DNA of 64,000 nt from a virus. Made by a program: the position numbers and the translations under genes. Positions 44,866 through 55,318 of this stretch are shown one piece after another; positions within the stretch are counted from its first letter, which is position 1, and each line of letters starts with the position of its first letter. The stretch spans positions 2,824-66,823 of the IMG/VR virus record IMGVR_UViG_3300027719_000004. One strand, 5' to 3'. The notes below the pieces were generated by a model. It was not told the origin of the DNA. It worked only from the letters and a program-made list of their open reading frames with translations, and did not search any database.

Positions 44866-45912
44866 ATGGCAACAGTTCAGATTGCAGGATCGACCCAGCT
44901 TGGGCGGGTAGCGGGATACCCAGATTATAGCTCAACTTCTACCAACACGATGACCCCGCTCATCTACGCCCAAAAGACTCTGATCAAGTTCTACAAGAAG
45001 ACCTTCCTGAGCGAGATCACCAACACTGACTACGAAGGTCAGATCAAGAGCTTTGGCGACAAGGTGCTTATTCGTACCGTTCCTGACATGACTATCCGTG
45101 ACTACGTTGTTGGTCAGGATCTGGTCTTTGAAACCCAAGAGTCCCCCAGCATCATGCTGGAGATCAACAAGGCAAAATACTATGCCTTCAAGATCGAGAA
45201 GGTGACCGAAGTTCAGCAGGACATCAACCAGTTTGAGAAGTGGACCGCAGATGCTGCAGAGCAGCTGAAGATCCAGATTGAAACTGCGTTCCTTACTGAT
45301 GTCTTCAAGACCAACATCGCTACCAACACCTCTGCATACAACCGTGGTGCTGCAGCTACTGGTCTTGGCGGGATCTCCGGCAACTATATGCTGGGCGGTT
45401 CTGATGCAACCAAGGGTCTTGGCATCGTAAACCGTGGTGCTGCTTCTACTACGTTGGCAGCAGTCGATCCAATCGACATGATCATGGCAGCTGAGTCAGT
45501 CCTGACTGAGCAGGATACTCCACAGGACAGCAGCCGCTGGATGCTGGTTCCTACTTGGTTCTCCTACACCCTGCAGACTTCAGAACTGCGTCGTGCTGAT
45601 GGTGGTGGATCTCCTTCCAACCAAGGCGTGCTTGAGAATGGCAAGATTGGTCGTCTGGGTCAATTCACCCTGTACGTGTCCAACAACCTGCCTACCCACG
45701 CAACATCAACCAGTGCTGCAACATCGGCTCTGCCTTGTACCATCATCCCCTTCGGCCACAAACTGGGTATGACTTTCGCTACCCAGCTGACCGACACCGA
45801 AATGGTATCCAACCCATTCGGCTTTGGCAAGATGATGAAGGGCCTGACCGTGTACGGTTACAAATCAGTCAAGCAAGAAGTATTGGGTGCTTGTCTGGCC
45901 GCCCGTGCATAA
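44866..45912 (+). CDS. Major capsid protein
   Basis: NTDYEGQI...GD.V.I, NGKIG..G.F..Y.SN.L, GL.VYG.K. Confidence 0.88.
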   Translation: MATVQIAGSTQLGRVAGYPDYSSTSTNTMTPLIYAQKTLIKFYKKTFLSEITNTDYEGQIKSFGDKVLIRTVPDMTIRDYVVGQDLVFETQESPSIMLEINKAKYYAFKIEKVTEVQQDINQFEKWTADAAEQLKIQIETAFLTDVFKTNIATNTSAYNRGAAATGLGGISGNYMLGGSDATKGLGIVNRGAASTTLAAVDPIDMIMAAESVLTEQDTPQDSSRWMLVPTWFSYTLQTSELRRADGGGSPSNQGVLENGKIGRLGQFTLYVSNNLPTHATSTSAATSALPCTIIPFGHKLGMTFATQLTDTEMVSNPFGFGKMMKGLTVYGYKSVKQEVLGACLAARA

Positions 45913-45922
45913 TAACCTTAAC

Positions 45923-45946
45923 AGCCCCAGTGTAGCAGCTGGGGCT
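45923..45946 (+). terminator. Stem-loop after the capsid gene (terminator or stabiliser)
   Basis: AGCCCCAG/CTGGGGCT stem, weak U tract. Confidence 0.45.
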
Positions 45947-45967
45947 ATATAGCAAAGGAGAACTCTC

Positions 45968-46396
45968 ATGGCTATTAACGCCGTCACCGTAGCATCCAAA
46001 TTCAACCTGACTCCCCAGTCAGTGTCAGCTCGGATCAGTAAGTCTGTATTCCGTGTAGACTGTACTGCCCTCACCCTGTTCGCCATCGGCAACACTGACA
46101 ACGTGACCTTCGCTGACATCCCGGCTGGCACCACTATTCTTGGTGGCTCAGTCAGCGTCATTACTCCTGCTACCAACGCATCCGGCACCTGTACTGTTGC
46201 CTTGATCGTGGGTGGCGCATCTGGCACGACCTGCGTTGCTGCAACCACTGCCAAGACTGCAGGCGCTGTTAACGGCTCCATGGCCAACACAGTCACCTAT
46301 GCAAACGCAGACACCGCTGTTCTTTCATTCGTTACCGCAACCGCCAGCAACACGGTCAACCCTATTGTTGAAGTGACCCTGTATCTGATTGGTTAA
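45968..46396 (+). CDS. Capsid decoration/cement protein
   Basis: Thr/Ala-rich, IPAGT.I motif, follows the MCP. Confidence 0.6.
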   Translation: MAINAVTVASKFNLTPQSVSARISKSVFRVDCTALTLFAIGNTDNVTFADIPAGTTILGGSVSVITPATNASGTCTVALIVGGASGTTCVAATTAKTAGAVNGSMANTVTYANADTAVLSFVTATASNTVNPIVEVTLYLIG

Positions 46397-46446
46397 CACC
46401 GTTGCGGGGGCCTAAAAACCCCCGCTTCATCAAGAGGTGGAAAGAG

Positions 46447-46749
46447 ATGCCCAAGTATATCATGCGTAAGTCAAACGGAGTCTGCTACCCCTACGAGTCC
46501 CACCGGCACCTTGAGTCAGATGAAAAGTACATGGTGTTTTCGGAAGGCGAGGAGCAAGAGGCTGAAGCGCCTGACCAGTTTGACAGAGCTGTAGCAATTA
46601 TGCGTGCCGTCCACTCCATACCGGTGGAAGATTTTAATCGTCCCACAGCTGGAAGACCGGCCATGCCCAAGATCGGGACCGTATCTGATCTAGCCGGTTT
46701 CAAAGTAACCTCTGAAGAAATCATCGCCGCTCTGGAGCAAACAAAATGA
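46447..46749 (+). CDS. Hypothetical head-associated protein
   Basis: F.....G.P....+..+AGF.V...EI motif. Confidence 0.55.
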   Translation: MPKYIMRKSNGVCYPYESHRHLESDEKYMVFSEGEEQEAEAPDQFDRAVAIMRAVHSIPVEDFNRPTAGRPAMPKIGTVSDLAGFKVTSEEIIAALEQTK

Positions 46750-47405
46750 CAGGCAAAGAGCTGATCACTAAAATGCGCTATCGTCTTGACGACGTTGTTG
46801 GTGCCAGCTCCAGCAGTCAGTGGAGTGACACCGAAATACTCTTCTATGCCGAAGCGGTGCAGTACGAGATAGCTGAAGAGTGCCGCTGTATCCACGATGC
46901 TACAAGCGAAGGATGTGAGGTAGCTGTGGTGGCTGGAGACAAAACTGTGCAGCTTGAAAGCCTGTCAGTAGAGCTGGAAAGCGCCTTTTTTATCTATGCT
47001 GACGGGAATACGCCTCTTGGCGTGCGTGCGTCACTTCAGGACTTAATTGACATCAATGCTTGGCCAGTTCCTTCTGTTGGCCTGCCAAGCGTTGTAGCAC
47101 CCGTGAATTCCGATGGTCTTTACGCTTTCGACAAGGAGTTGTCAGTAGACGGGATTATCAAGGTTGTGACCACCAGATTGCCTCTTAATTCTGTCACCTC
47201 GGCTGCCTCGTTAGAGCTCCCAGTCAAATACCAGCAACGTATTTTTAACGGCATGCTGCATCTGGCATTTGCACGTCCAGACACTGAGACCCAGAGTGTT
47301 ACAAAATCAGAGCTCTACAAAAAGCTGTATGAGCTGGACAAAGAGATGATCAAGCGGACAGAAAACAGAGTACGCCCTAAGAAAATTAACCATCTGGTGT
47401 CCTGA
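46746..47405 (+). CDS. Head-tail adaptor protein
   Basis: R..LDD......WSD.E...Y, LP..Y......L.LAF..PD.ET. Confidence 0.7.
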   Translation: MTGKELITKMRYRLDDVVGASSSSQWSDTEILFYAEAVQYEIAEECRCIHDATSEGCEVAVVAGDKTVQLESLSVELESAFFIYADGNTPLGVRASLQDLIDINAWPVPSVGLPSVVAPVNSDGLYAFDKELSVDGIIKVVTTRLPLNSVTSAASLELPVKYQQRIFNGMLHLAFARPDTETQSVTKSELYKKLYELDKEMIKRTENRVRPKKINHLVS

Positions 47406-48751
47406 TGTCACAAGCCATCCTATTCAAGAAATGCCTTGGCTACACTGACTCTTCTTCGGTAGCCACTCAAGGTCACAACTTTGAGACAGGAGAAACCCAG
47501 TTGATAGGTTGTGCTAACACCACGACAACGGACGATGGAGCCATTGAAAAAATACCTGCTCTCGTCCCAGTGGTCACGCATACCAACCCGATCACGTCGG
47601 TATCATCTGGACAGCGCATGTTCTTCAGTGACAGCATCAACACCTATGAATACGTTGGTGGCACTACCCCAGTCGTCACACGGTTCCCCTTGGTGGCTGG
47701 TCCAATGATTCACACCCCTGTTGATGTCAGGCTGGCAACATCCAGCAAAGTCTACAAGTCGACACACCCGACAGGTGCGGTGGCCGAAGCGACAGTCGGA
47801 ACCAACCCAGATCCTGACGACTCAATCGCCTACGCAGGCCAACCGGTATTTGATGGCGGGTTCGTTCTTGGGTCACGGATCTACGGGCACAAAGGCAAGT
47901 TTCTCACCTATTCAAAGGGGTATCATTATGACCTGTGGGACATCGGCGATGGATTCATTGGGCATCAGTTTGATTGCCTACGGGCCGGTGCTATTCCTAG
48001 CTGTGTTGTGGTGGCTCACGCCGAAGGAATAAGCCTGTATCTGGGCGGAGATCCAATGGCCCCACAGACCATCAAGAAGTTCTACCCCTGTGCCTTTATT
48101 GACAACACCCTCTACAGCGGGTTCATCAGTAAGGCTCTGGGCCATGGACATGTCTTCCTTTGTGCTGACGGCATCTACATGGCAGCCCAAGACGGATCTA
48201 TATCTCGCCTCACAGAGAGCAACCTTGAACATGTAGACCTGCTGAACGACACCTATGCTGGTGCTGTCGTTGCGGGTGGCAAGTATCTGGCCTATGGCAA
48301 CAACATCTGCCTAGAATATGACTTCACCACCAAAGCCGTCATGCTGAGAGCTGGTGGAGTAGCCGGAATCTGCCAACGTGGTGATACCGCCTATGTCGCA
48401 ACAGGCTCAACGCTACAGTCAATCGGTACTGCCCAGAACGAGTCTGTAGCAAGCTCTGTTACACTGCCCTACGCCTACCTTGGGTCAGACGGCAGAAAGT
48501 CCTTCAGCGACCTGTACTTCACCGGAGAACTAACTGGAGACATGGAAATTGTCTGCCGTGACCAGACAGACCCAGAAGAGCCTATCCGCTGGACTCTGGG
48601 AGTCTCTGATCTGGGTGTCGTCCAGAACCGCAGGATCAAACTTCCAAAAGGGACAGTGGGAAGCAAGGTGTCGTTTCAGTTTAACGTCAGTGCTGGCAGG
48701 TTTAGGATGGAAGAAGCCCGTATTGTGTTTGAGTCAGGTAATCGCCGGTAA
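47405..48751 (+). CDS. Tail nozzle/stabilisation protein (podovirus tubular-B-like)
   Basis: Beta-rich 448 aa after the adaptor; G....K....LY C-terminal pattern. Confidence 0.6.
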   Translation: MSQAILFKKCLGYTDSSSVATQGHNFETGETQLIGCANTTTTDDGAIEKIPALVPVVTHTNPITSVSSGQRMFFSDSINTYEYVGGTTPVVTRFPLVAGPMIHTPVDVRLATSSKVYKSTHPTGAVAEATVGTNPDPDDSIAYAGQPVFDGGFVLGSRIYGHKGKFLTYSKGYHYDLWDIGDGFIGHQFDCLRAGAIPSCVVVAHAEGISLYLGGDPMAPQTIKKFYPCAFIDNTLYSGFISKALGHGHVFLCADGIYMAAQDGSISRLTESNLEHVDLLNDTYAGAVVAGGKYLAYGNNICLEYDFTTKAVMLRAGGVAGICQRGDTAYVATGSTLQSIGTAQNESVASSVTLPYAYLGSDGRKSFSDLYFTGELTGDMEIVCRDQTDPEEPIRWTLGVSDLGVVQNRRIKLPKGTVGSKVSFQFNVSAGRFRMEEARIVFESGNRR

Positions 48752-50691
48752 TGGCAACCACCCCTACTACTCCGGGCATGGGGTATGAAGAAGCACTGTA
48801 TCGTGGTGCTGCCATGTCATGTCTAAGGAGGCTGAAGGACGCAAACAAAGGGCTGACCATCTTCCACGGCACGTATCAGTTGCCAAACGGCGTAGAGGTG
48901 TTTTGCAATGTCTGTGGGAATAAAGAAGACGTTTATGTGAGGGTTCCTGCAACATCGTCATCAACTCCAGTCACCACCCCAATGATAAGCATAAGCGGGG
49001 TTATGTTGCACCCGCGCCAAGGTTTCGTGCATATCATATCCCACAAGGACGGGGAAGAATGGAAGACTGAGTTGTACGGTGTGTCTGGCGGCTGGAGAGA
49101 TGGAAAAGAGCCGCTTGTCACCAATTACATATATCCCCTAGTAGATAGTGACAACGCTTCGTTTGGACTTACAAAATCAGGCGACTCTATGGCTGGGCGT
49201 TTTATGCTTAAGGAGGGCAACTACGGGAACCTGTATTGGCATAACGACAAGACGGATAGCAAGTCGGTGCTTTTATCTTGGAAGGGTACTCCGTCACGAC
49301 ACTTCAGACTTGGCAGCGACACATACATAAATGGTTTTGTTGATCAAGAAACCACTTCCCCCGGAATAGTAGAGGACACGTATTACTATACTTCGTTCAC
49401 TCCAAATATATATAAGGGCGGCGTATTGTTTATGGCGGCTCCCAAATATAACTGGCCCAGATCCGGTCAAGATAGATGCTTGGTACTTGGGGCAATGCAG
49501 GATAATGAAGGCATAGTGTGGATTGTGACGCAGTCAGACAGGTATGAGGTGCCTAAATACATCTTCATTTTTTCTGACGGCTACAGAATAGACGCAGACG
49601 AAGAGTCTGAAAAAACTGATTACCTGTACAACAATACCGGCGTCACACTTGTTTTTGAAAAGAACTATCCTACCGATAAAGGCATATACACAATGCTCTG
49701 GAAGGGTGGAGGGGTAGTAAATGGATGGTCTTTCATAGCAGAATACAACACCGGCAGACAAGGTCTACCTTGGTTTGGGAATGCCAGCGGGACAGAATTT
49801 GTTTGCCCGAATGGGAACAAAATATCGGTATCTGGGACCATGACTGCAAAGGAAGCCACTTATGGGGTGTATTCCGAACCTGATGCAGTATGTTCTGGAG
49901 GGTCTTTCACGGCGACGTACGAGGGTAATGATTTTTTTGAGTATAAGGGCGACAGCCTCATATCGGCGGAAATAAGTTTTGCTTTTGCAACAGCTACGGC
50001 TAAGTCGGCTACCTCCGTTGGAGTAAAAGTGTTCAGGGGCGATTTCGATGTATTGTATGATCCAGAGCAGTATACTCCGCAACCACTTGTGGCTGTAGGT
50101 GGAACAGAAACCATAGTGATAGGCCAAGGCGTTTTTATAAACACTACTGGCGGTGAGGGAGAGATCAAGATAACCTACTCTGGGTTTACGGTGGTAGACG
50201 GTATTGTCACTGAGGCACCATGCGCTATGGACGGAGATGACACAGCAGCCGGAACAATCACGGCTACGGACGCATGCGGTGGCACAGCTATATGGAAGGC
50301 AAGGCTGCCTAATGGAATATGGATTGAGACAGGCTTCACGTATTTTGGCTGCACAGGATATAGTTGCTGTGACGAGTTCGGCCACTTTTTCCCAGCCGAC
50401 TGGCCTTTTTGCGGGAATCATTACTCGATGGATACCACGTGTAAATTTTTCTGGAGCCAGTCGAATGGGTACGCCACAAGTGAGCAAATATCGCAAACAC
50501 GTAAAAGCTATGCGGCATGGGGCTGGTTTTATACTAATCTCGGATATCCTTATGAGACGCCACTAGCGGGCTCATATGCTGGAGATCGGGGCGGTTCTCC
50601 GCCACCACCACCAACTGATGTACTGGAGAACGGTGAGGGTTATACTCTCTTGCCTATGTATAAGTCAGCTTCCAAGTGGGTGTGCCCATGA
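48751..50691 (+). CDS. Putative tail spike/structural protein with Cys/aromatic-rich C-terminus
   Basis: 646 aa; coupled to the nozzle gene. Confidence 0.55.
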   Translation: MATTPTTPGMGYEEALYRGAAMSCLRRLKDANKGLTIFHGTYQLPNGVEVFCNVCGNKEDVYVRVPATSSSTPVTTPMISISGVMLHPRQGFVHIISHKDGEEWKTELYGVSGGWRDGKEPLVTNYIYPLVDSDNASFGLTKSGDSMAGRFMLKEGNYGNLYWHNDKTDSKSVLLSWKGTPSRHFRLGSDTYINGFVDQETTSPGIVEDTYYYTSFTPNIYKGGVLFMAAPKYNWPRSGQDRCLVLGAMQDNEGIVWIVTQSDRYEVPKYIFIFSDGYRIDADEESEKTDYLYNNTGVTLVFEKNYPTDKGIYTMLWKGGGVVNGWSFIAEYNTGRQGLPWFGNASGTEFVCPNGNKISVSGTMTAKEATYGVYSEPDAVCSGGSFTATYEGNDFFEYKGDSLISAEISFAFATATAKSATSVGVKVFRGDFDVLYDPEQYTPQPLVAVGGTETIVIGQGVFINTTGGEGEIKITYSGFTVVDGIVTEAPCAMDGDDTAAGTITATDACGGTAIWKARLPNGIWIETGFTYFGCTGYSCCDEFGHFFPADWPFCGNHYSMDTTCKFFWSQSNGYATSEQISQTRKSYAAWGWFYTNLGYPYETPLAGSYAGDRGGSPPPPPTDVLENGEGYTLLPMYKSASKWVCP

Positions 50692-51824
50692 ATTGCGATT
50701 GGCCCACACTATGTACTAAGTTCACATGCCTAGAACCGGGGTCTACGCCTACAGGCGAGGGCGAATGTTTTTCTGCTGCTGACGGATCTGACGCATCCAT
50801 ACTGGGTCACAATATATCCACTGACTATATAGCCAATTTAGCTGGTGTGCAAATACCTATAATGGACACAAAAAGGATATTCAGCGCGTCGGCATCACTT
50901 AATGTAACGGCACCAACTCCTACAAAAGTGTATATGGCTGAAGGCGGAACATTTTGGTGTTTTGATGTTGGATCTACTGGGCGCTCTTATAAGGTAAAAG
51001 AGGACTGCACAATTATTGCTTCGACGCTACATTATTTAGATCTTCGTTATGGAGTATGTCTATATAGGCAAAATACTGAAACAGTAAAATTTGACGTATC
51101 AACAAGCAGCACAAATACATTTAAAGATCCTTGGCAAACAGAGTCTGTTGGTAGTATAAAATTATATGGAGGGGCAAAAAGGAATTGGACTTGTCTATGT
51201 AAGGAAGAGTGGTTTCTAGTTAAAGACGGAATAAAGAGACTTATAGCTACTTCGCAGTACCAGCCATTAACAGGCATGGACGAGTTTGCTAAAGATCATG
51301 GGTCACTATTTGATCCTCAGTACACTGGTATACCTGACTTGGAACTTATTATAGACTTGATGCCGGTATCCTCAAGTGATGCTATACCTTGGGATGATGA
51401 GCTTAGATACCACGGCCATTATAGCTATAGAGGTAATCCTGAATTTGATGATAATTTTGTAAAGGCTGACGGAGGATGCAGAGACTATTTTTACCCAGCG
51501 TGGTGCAGGGGGCTACAGAAAGATCCGTTATGGGAGAGCGCTGCAGCAAGCAGGTATATGTTGTCTTGGGATGCAAATACGCTGCCAGCAATAAACTCGA
51601 CATTCGCCCCGTCAGCGATAACGGTTGATCCGCTGCCGGTAGGATCTTTTGTGAAGCACCCGAAGGTTGGTGAGGTCTGGCAGTTTCTGGTTGCAAAGCG
51701 TGCAGGAGGGTATGCCTTAGACACGTCTCCCGTTATTGACGAGATGGTCTTAGCGTCACTTGCAAAAAACAATGTAAGCCCACAGCAAGGGACAATGCTG
51801 TATTATCCTATAGGAGTTTATTGA
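50688..51824 (+). CDS. Hypothetical structural protein
   Basis: Coupled ORF, AT-rich codons, LHYLDLRYG motif. Confidence 0.55.
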   Translation: MNCDWPTLCTKFTCLEPGSTPTGEGECFSAADGSDASILGHNISTDYIANLAGVQIPIMDTKRIFSASASLNVTAPTPTKVYMAEGGTFWCFDVGSTGRSYKVKEDCTIIASTLHYLDLRYGVCLYRQNTETVKFDVSTSSTNTFKDPWQTESVGSIKLYGGAKRNWTCLCKEEWFLVKDGIKRLIATSQYQPLTGMDEFAKDHGSLFDPQYTGIPDLELIIDLMPVSSSDAIPWDDELRYHGHYSYRGNPEFDDNFVKADGGCRDYFYPAWCRGLQKDPLWESAAASRYMLSWDANTLPAINSTFAPSAITVDPLPVGSFVKHPKVGEVWQFLVAKRAGGYALDTSPVIDEMVLASLAKNNVSPQQGTMLYYPIGVY

Positions 51825-52231
51825 CCATGATGAACAATAATTGGCAGAGGATGAACATTTGGATTAAATTAAGTAACCGTTTTGACTATAATGAATACGC
51901 CAGCGCCTGTGTAGCTGATGGCTGCCAGCCGCACTCACCACTTGAGTTCGCCCAAAAGGCAGGCATGGTGTCATGCGGTCTTGCCACATTCCCGGAACTT
52001 CCGGTTGCCGAAGCATATCTTAAATTTATCTCACTCAATCAACAGGCGTTCAGCCCACCACCGCTGCAAAACGTACAGCCTCAGACTGGGGCAACACCAC
52101 CGTCTGCAGATGGACTGCCAGCGTTCACCACGCAGAAAGTTAAAATAACCTTTGAGGACGGACATACAGAGGAGCAGGAGATAAGGACAATACAGAGCAA
52201 GCCATGCTGTGGTGGAGGAGCTGTAAAGTGA
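51821..52231 (+). CDS. Hypothetical protein ending KPCCGGG
   Basis: Coupled ORF. Confidence 0.55.
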   Translation: MTMMNNNWQRMNIWIKLSNRFDYNEYASACVADGCQPHSPLEFAQKAGMVSCGLATFPELPVAEAYLKFISLNQQAFSPPPLQNVQPQTGATPPSADGLPAFTTQKVKITFEDGHTEEQEIRTIQSKPCCGGGAVK

Positions 52232-52485
52232 TAGGTGGCCTTATTACGCAGTCGCTTACTGCTTATGCAATAACTTTTGTTATAGCTTCAAGCAGTTTGT
52301 TTGAGCCGTTAAGGCTTTGGTTTATCAGTAAAACCCCGATGCTAAGGATAGGCAACAACAAGCACATGGTTGAGTGCCGCATGTGTATGGGGTTCCATGT
52401 AGCCCTACTCGTTTGCAACACTGACTGGAAGATGGTTTTGCCTGTTTACGGGCTGTCGTACTTCATGGCGACACAGGAGAGGTGA
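52228..52485 (+). CDS. DUF1360-like membrane protein
   Basis: S.LFEPLR......C.MC.GF.V; TM segments. Confidence 0.6.
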   Translation: MIGGLITQSLTAYAITFVIASSSLFEPLRLWFISKTPMLRIGNNKHMVECRMCMGFHVALLVCNTDWKMVLPVYGLSYFMATQER

Positions 52486-52486
52486 T

Positions 52487-52918
52487 ATGGGCGTTATGAC
52501 GCTAACTGACGTTGGTGCGATGGATTTCCTAAGTAGGATCACAAACGGCGTGCTGCCAACTGGCGGTGGCGGGATGACTTTACATCTGTTCACCAACGAT
52601 GTGACTCCAACCGACGCAAGTGTTGTGTCTGATTTTTTTGAGGCAAATGCAGTTGGTTACGCAGCCCAACCATTAGTTTACGGTGCATGGGTGGTATACA
52701 ACGATGCCGGAATAGCGACTTCTAAATCCACTGCAAGAGCCTTTACGTTTGGTGGTGAGCTTGTTGGGGCCACACATATTTACGGATCATATATCCTGAA
52801 TGCCCAAGGGTTGCTGGTGGGGGCTGGCAAGCTGACTACACCGCAGGCCATAACGACTGAAGGTGCAGTGGTTTCCGTCACACCCAAGATAAGGATGTCA
52901 AAAGGCACAGTATTATAA
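52487..52918 (+). CDS. Tail-associated structural protein
   Basis: LHLFTND.TP......F.EA...GYAA, IYG.Y motifs. Confidence 0.6.
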   Translation: MGVMTLTDVGAMDFLSRITNGVLPTGGGGMTLHLFTNDVTPTDASVVSDFFEANAVGYAAQPLVYGAWVVYNDAGIATSKSTARAFTFGGELVGATHIYGSYILNAQGLLVGAGKLTTPQAITTEGAVVSVTPKIRMSKGTVL

Positions 52919-52931
52919 AGGAGCTTTAGTC

Positions 52932-53228
52932 ATGATATATGCAAGTGTTTACAACGCAGGAATTACTTCTGTAGCCCCGAATGAATACCTTAATCTGCAA
53001 CCAAACGTAGGATTTGAGGCAGTGGTCCATAACATCTCGCATGGCGGTAAAGCCCAGCTTGAGATTTTTGATGGTAACAACTCTATCGTGGTGGATACTC
53101 AAAATGAGGCTGGTAGCTGGATGGGTATGTACTTGCACTCTACAAACACTTACTTCTACAGGGTAAAAAACATCGACTCTGCCAACCAATATATGGGGGC
53201 TGACGGCGTGGTGACAAAGGAGTCGTGA
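52932..53228 (+). CDS. Hypothetical beta-rich protein
   Basis: RBS GGAG. Confidence 0.55.
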   Translation: MIYASVYNAGITSVAPNEYLNLQPNVGFEAVVHNISHGGKAQLEIFDGNNSIVVDTQNEAGSWMGMYLHSTNTYFYRVKNIDSANQYMGADGVVTKES

Positions 53229-53229
53229 T

Positions 53230-53631
53230 ATGGGTATACGAATACTGAATGACATGACTGGCAGAAGGACTATCACGGGGTTTGGCAGCAATGAGTATTT
53301 TGGCAAACAACACTTTGGCGCTGGATTATCTGAAACAGACGTGGTGCTTGCCGGTAACGTGATCGACCTGTCTCTTGGCAACAGCTTCACCAAGACCATA
53401 AGCGGTGCAACCACCTTGTCTGTAATAAATGCTCCGGCGGCAGGAAGGGTGTCCACGTTCATGCTGACACTCATAAATCCGGCCACCAATGTCACATTTT
53501 TTTCTGGGGTTAAGTGGCCCGCTGGGGCTAGTCCGGGGCTGACCACCTCCGGCAAGGATATGCTGGGATTTCTAACTTCTGACGGCGGGGCTACTTGGAT
53601 GGCTTTTGTTGTAGGCAAGGATCTCAAGTGA
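53230..53631 (+). CDS. Tail fibre distal/adaptor protein
   Basis: IDLSLGN.F..TI, VKWPAG..P.LT..GKD.L.F.T.DGG.TW. Confidence 0.65.
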   Translation: MGIRILNDMTGRRTITGFGSNEYFGKQHFGAGLSETDVVLAGNVIDLSLGNSFTKTISGATTLSVINAPAAGRVSTFMLTLINPATNVTFFSGVKWPAGASPGLTTSGKDMLGFLTSDGGATWMAFVVGKDLK

Positions 53632-54992
53632 GTATTAAGGATATTATATTAGCAGCAGCTTCGGCACCAAAAGAGCCTAACTTCTGGATGTCTGCAGACT
53701 ACTATTCATCTTACACATACCCCCAGCCATCTCAGCAAAAATCTAACATGGCTGTATCTGCTAACGGGAACGTACTATCGTGGTCAATTGGCAACATCGA
53801 TAGCGCATACGAGTCTGTGGCAGTATTCAGGGATATTGACGGAAACCTCCTGTGGAAAAAAAGGTTTGATATTTCGGGGTATAATAAGAACGCAAAAATT
53901 GGAGCTGGGGCAGTTGACGACAGCGACAACTGCTATATAAGTTTAAGTGCCAACCCCGGAACAGGCTATTATTATTTTGTGCAAGTGTTCAAGTATAACA
54001 AGCAGGGTAGCCTGATATGGTCGAAACAAATTAGGCCAGTCACGATAGGCGGTACGCTATCATTCAACAGTCCGGTCCAATCCGTAATACACACAGACGG
54101 AAACCTGTATATTTTAGTCAGCGGCTACTACGGATACGATGCGGCGGTTCTTCTATCTCTCACTAATGGCGGAGTCTATAGATTTGCTACTGCGTTTACT
54201 GTTAACTCACAAAACCCTTTCGTACCTTATTCGTTGTCTGTCAGCGGCACATCTATAGTTGTAGCTGGGTACAAAGGGGTATACGCCAGAACCACAACAT
54301 CAGGCAGCATTGCCTCTGGGATTCGGTATCTGTCCGCAAATACTACTTGGACTCCAAACGGTGTTAAGCTTAATCCTGATGGGTCTTTTTACATAACAGG
54401 TGCAAGGGACTCTACGACGGGGGCTATAGTGGTCAAAGTGGGGGCAGACGAAGGGGTACTAGCACAAGTGTCGCTTGGTCCGTCGTCCGGCAATTTGACG
54501 TTCCCCCTAAGCGTGGACGTGGGCGCAGATGGGAATCTGTATATGGGGTATAGCAGCACAGTCAGAACTGGAGGTAACTTCGACTACGGCATTACGTCAC
54601 TCACTTCATCGCTTACGCATAGATTTACTTCCATGGTGTACGGTACTGTTGCCGCATCTGGATATGTCGGATCAGTGCATGCGGATACGGCCAACAGGAG
54701 CTTTTACGTATGTATCCCGACGTATGTGTCTGCGGCAAACGGGTACGCAAATATACTTATTAAAGGCAAGAGTGATCAAGCTGCTGTGTATAAGACGTTT
54801 CAACCAGTTGCTGGTAACACTATATCATACAACCCAGTCGGCAGTCCTATAACTGCTACAGCGGTTGGTGCGTACACGGGGCCGCATGGCATATACCCAA
54901 GTAATGTCACTGGTTATATTTTATCTGAGGCAGTGGCCGAGACGGTGGTTACGACTGACACTACAAAGACGTTGTGGAGCGCAGTATTATGA
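53628..54992 (+). CDS. Beta-propeller receptor-binding protein (putative)
   Basis: DG.LLW.K, VDDSDN.YI, KY...G..IWSK, DGNLY blades. Confidence 0.6.
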   Translation: MSIKDIILAAASAPKEPNFWMSADYYSSYTYPQPSQQKSNMAVSANGNVLSWSIGNIDSAYESVAVFRDIDGNLLWKKRFDISGYNKNAKIGAGAVDDSDNCYISLSANPGTGYYYFVQVFKYNKQGSLIWSKQIRPVTIGGTLSFNSPVQSVIHTDGNLYILVSGYYGYDAAVLLSLTNGGVYRFATAFTVNSQNPFVPYSLSVSGTSIVVAGYKGVYARTTTSGSIASGIRYLSANTTWTPNGVKLNPDGSFYITGARDSTTGAIVVKVGADEGVLAQVSLGPSSGNLTFPLSVDVGADGNLYMGYSSTVRTGGNFDYGITSLTSSLTHRFTSMVYGTVAASGYVGSVHADTANRSFYVCIPTYVSAANGYANILIKGKSDQAAVYKTFQPVAGNTISYNPVGSPITATAVGAYTGPHGIYPSNVTGYILSEAVAETVVTTDTTKTLWSAVL

Positions 54993-55318
54993 GACTGTCT
55001 TCTGCCGGATACCATATATATGCCGATTTCGACGTTTTCGGCAGGTCGTACAAGTATGCATCTAATGAAGCTGGGGATCAGCCTGATGCTGGGCTTCAGG
55101 AGGTAGCGTTACCTTCCCTGTTATTGGATTGTGTAGGGGGCGTAGATATAGACAGCATCGTAATTACTCCTGAAATCGCAGATCTTGATGTGCCTATTTC
55201 TGTATTCAATATGACTAGGTTTGTCACAACAAACGTATCCACGTTTGACATCGACGACTCTAATCACTCACTTGTATTTACGGATATAACGAAAAAGCTG
55301 TTTATGGAGGAAATATGA
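54989..55318 (+). CDS. Hypothetical tail-associated protein
   Basis: Coupled ORF. Confidence 0.5.
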   Translation: MRLSSAGYHIYADFDVFGRSYKYASNEAGDQPDAGLQEVALPSLLLDCVGGVDIDSIVITPEIADLDVPISVFNMTRFVTTNVSTFDIDDSNHSLVFTDITKKLFMEEI

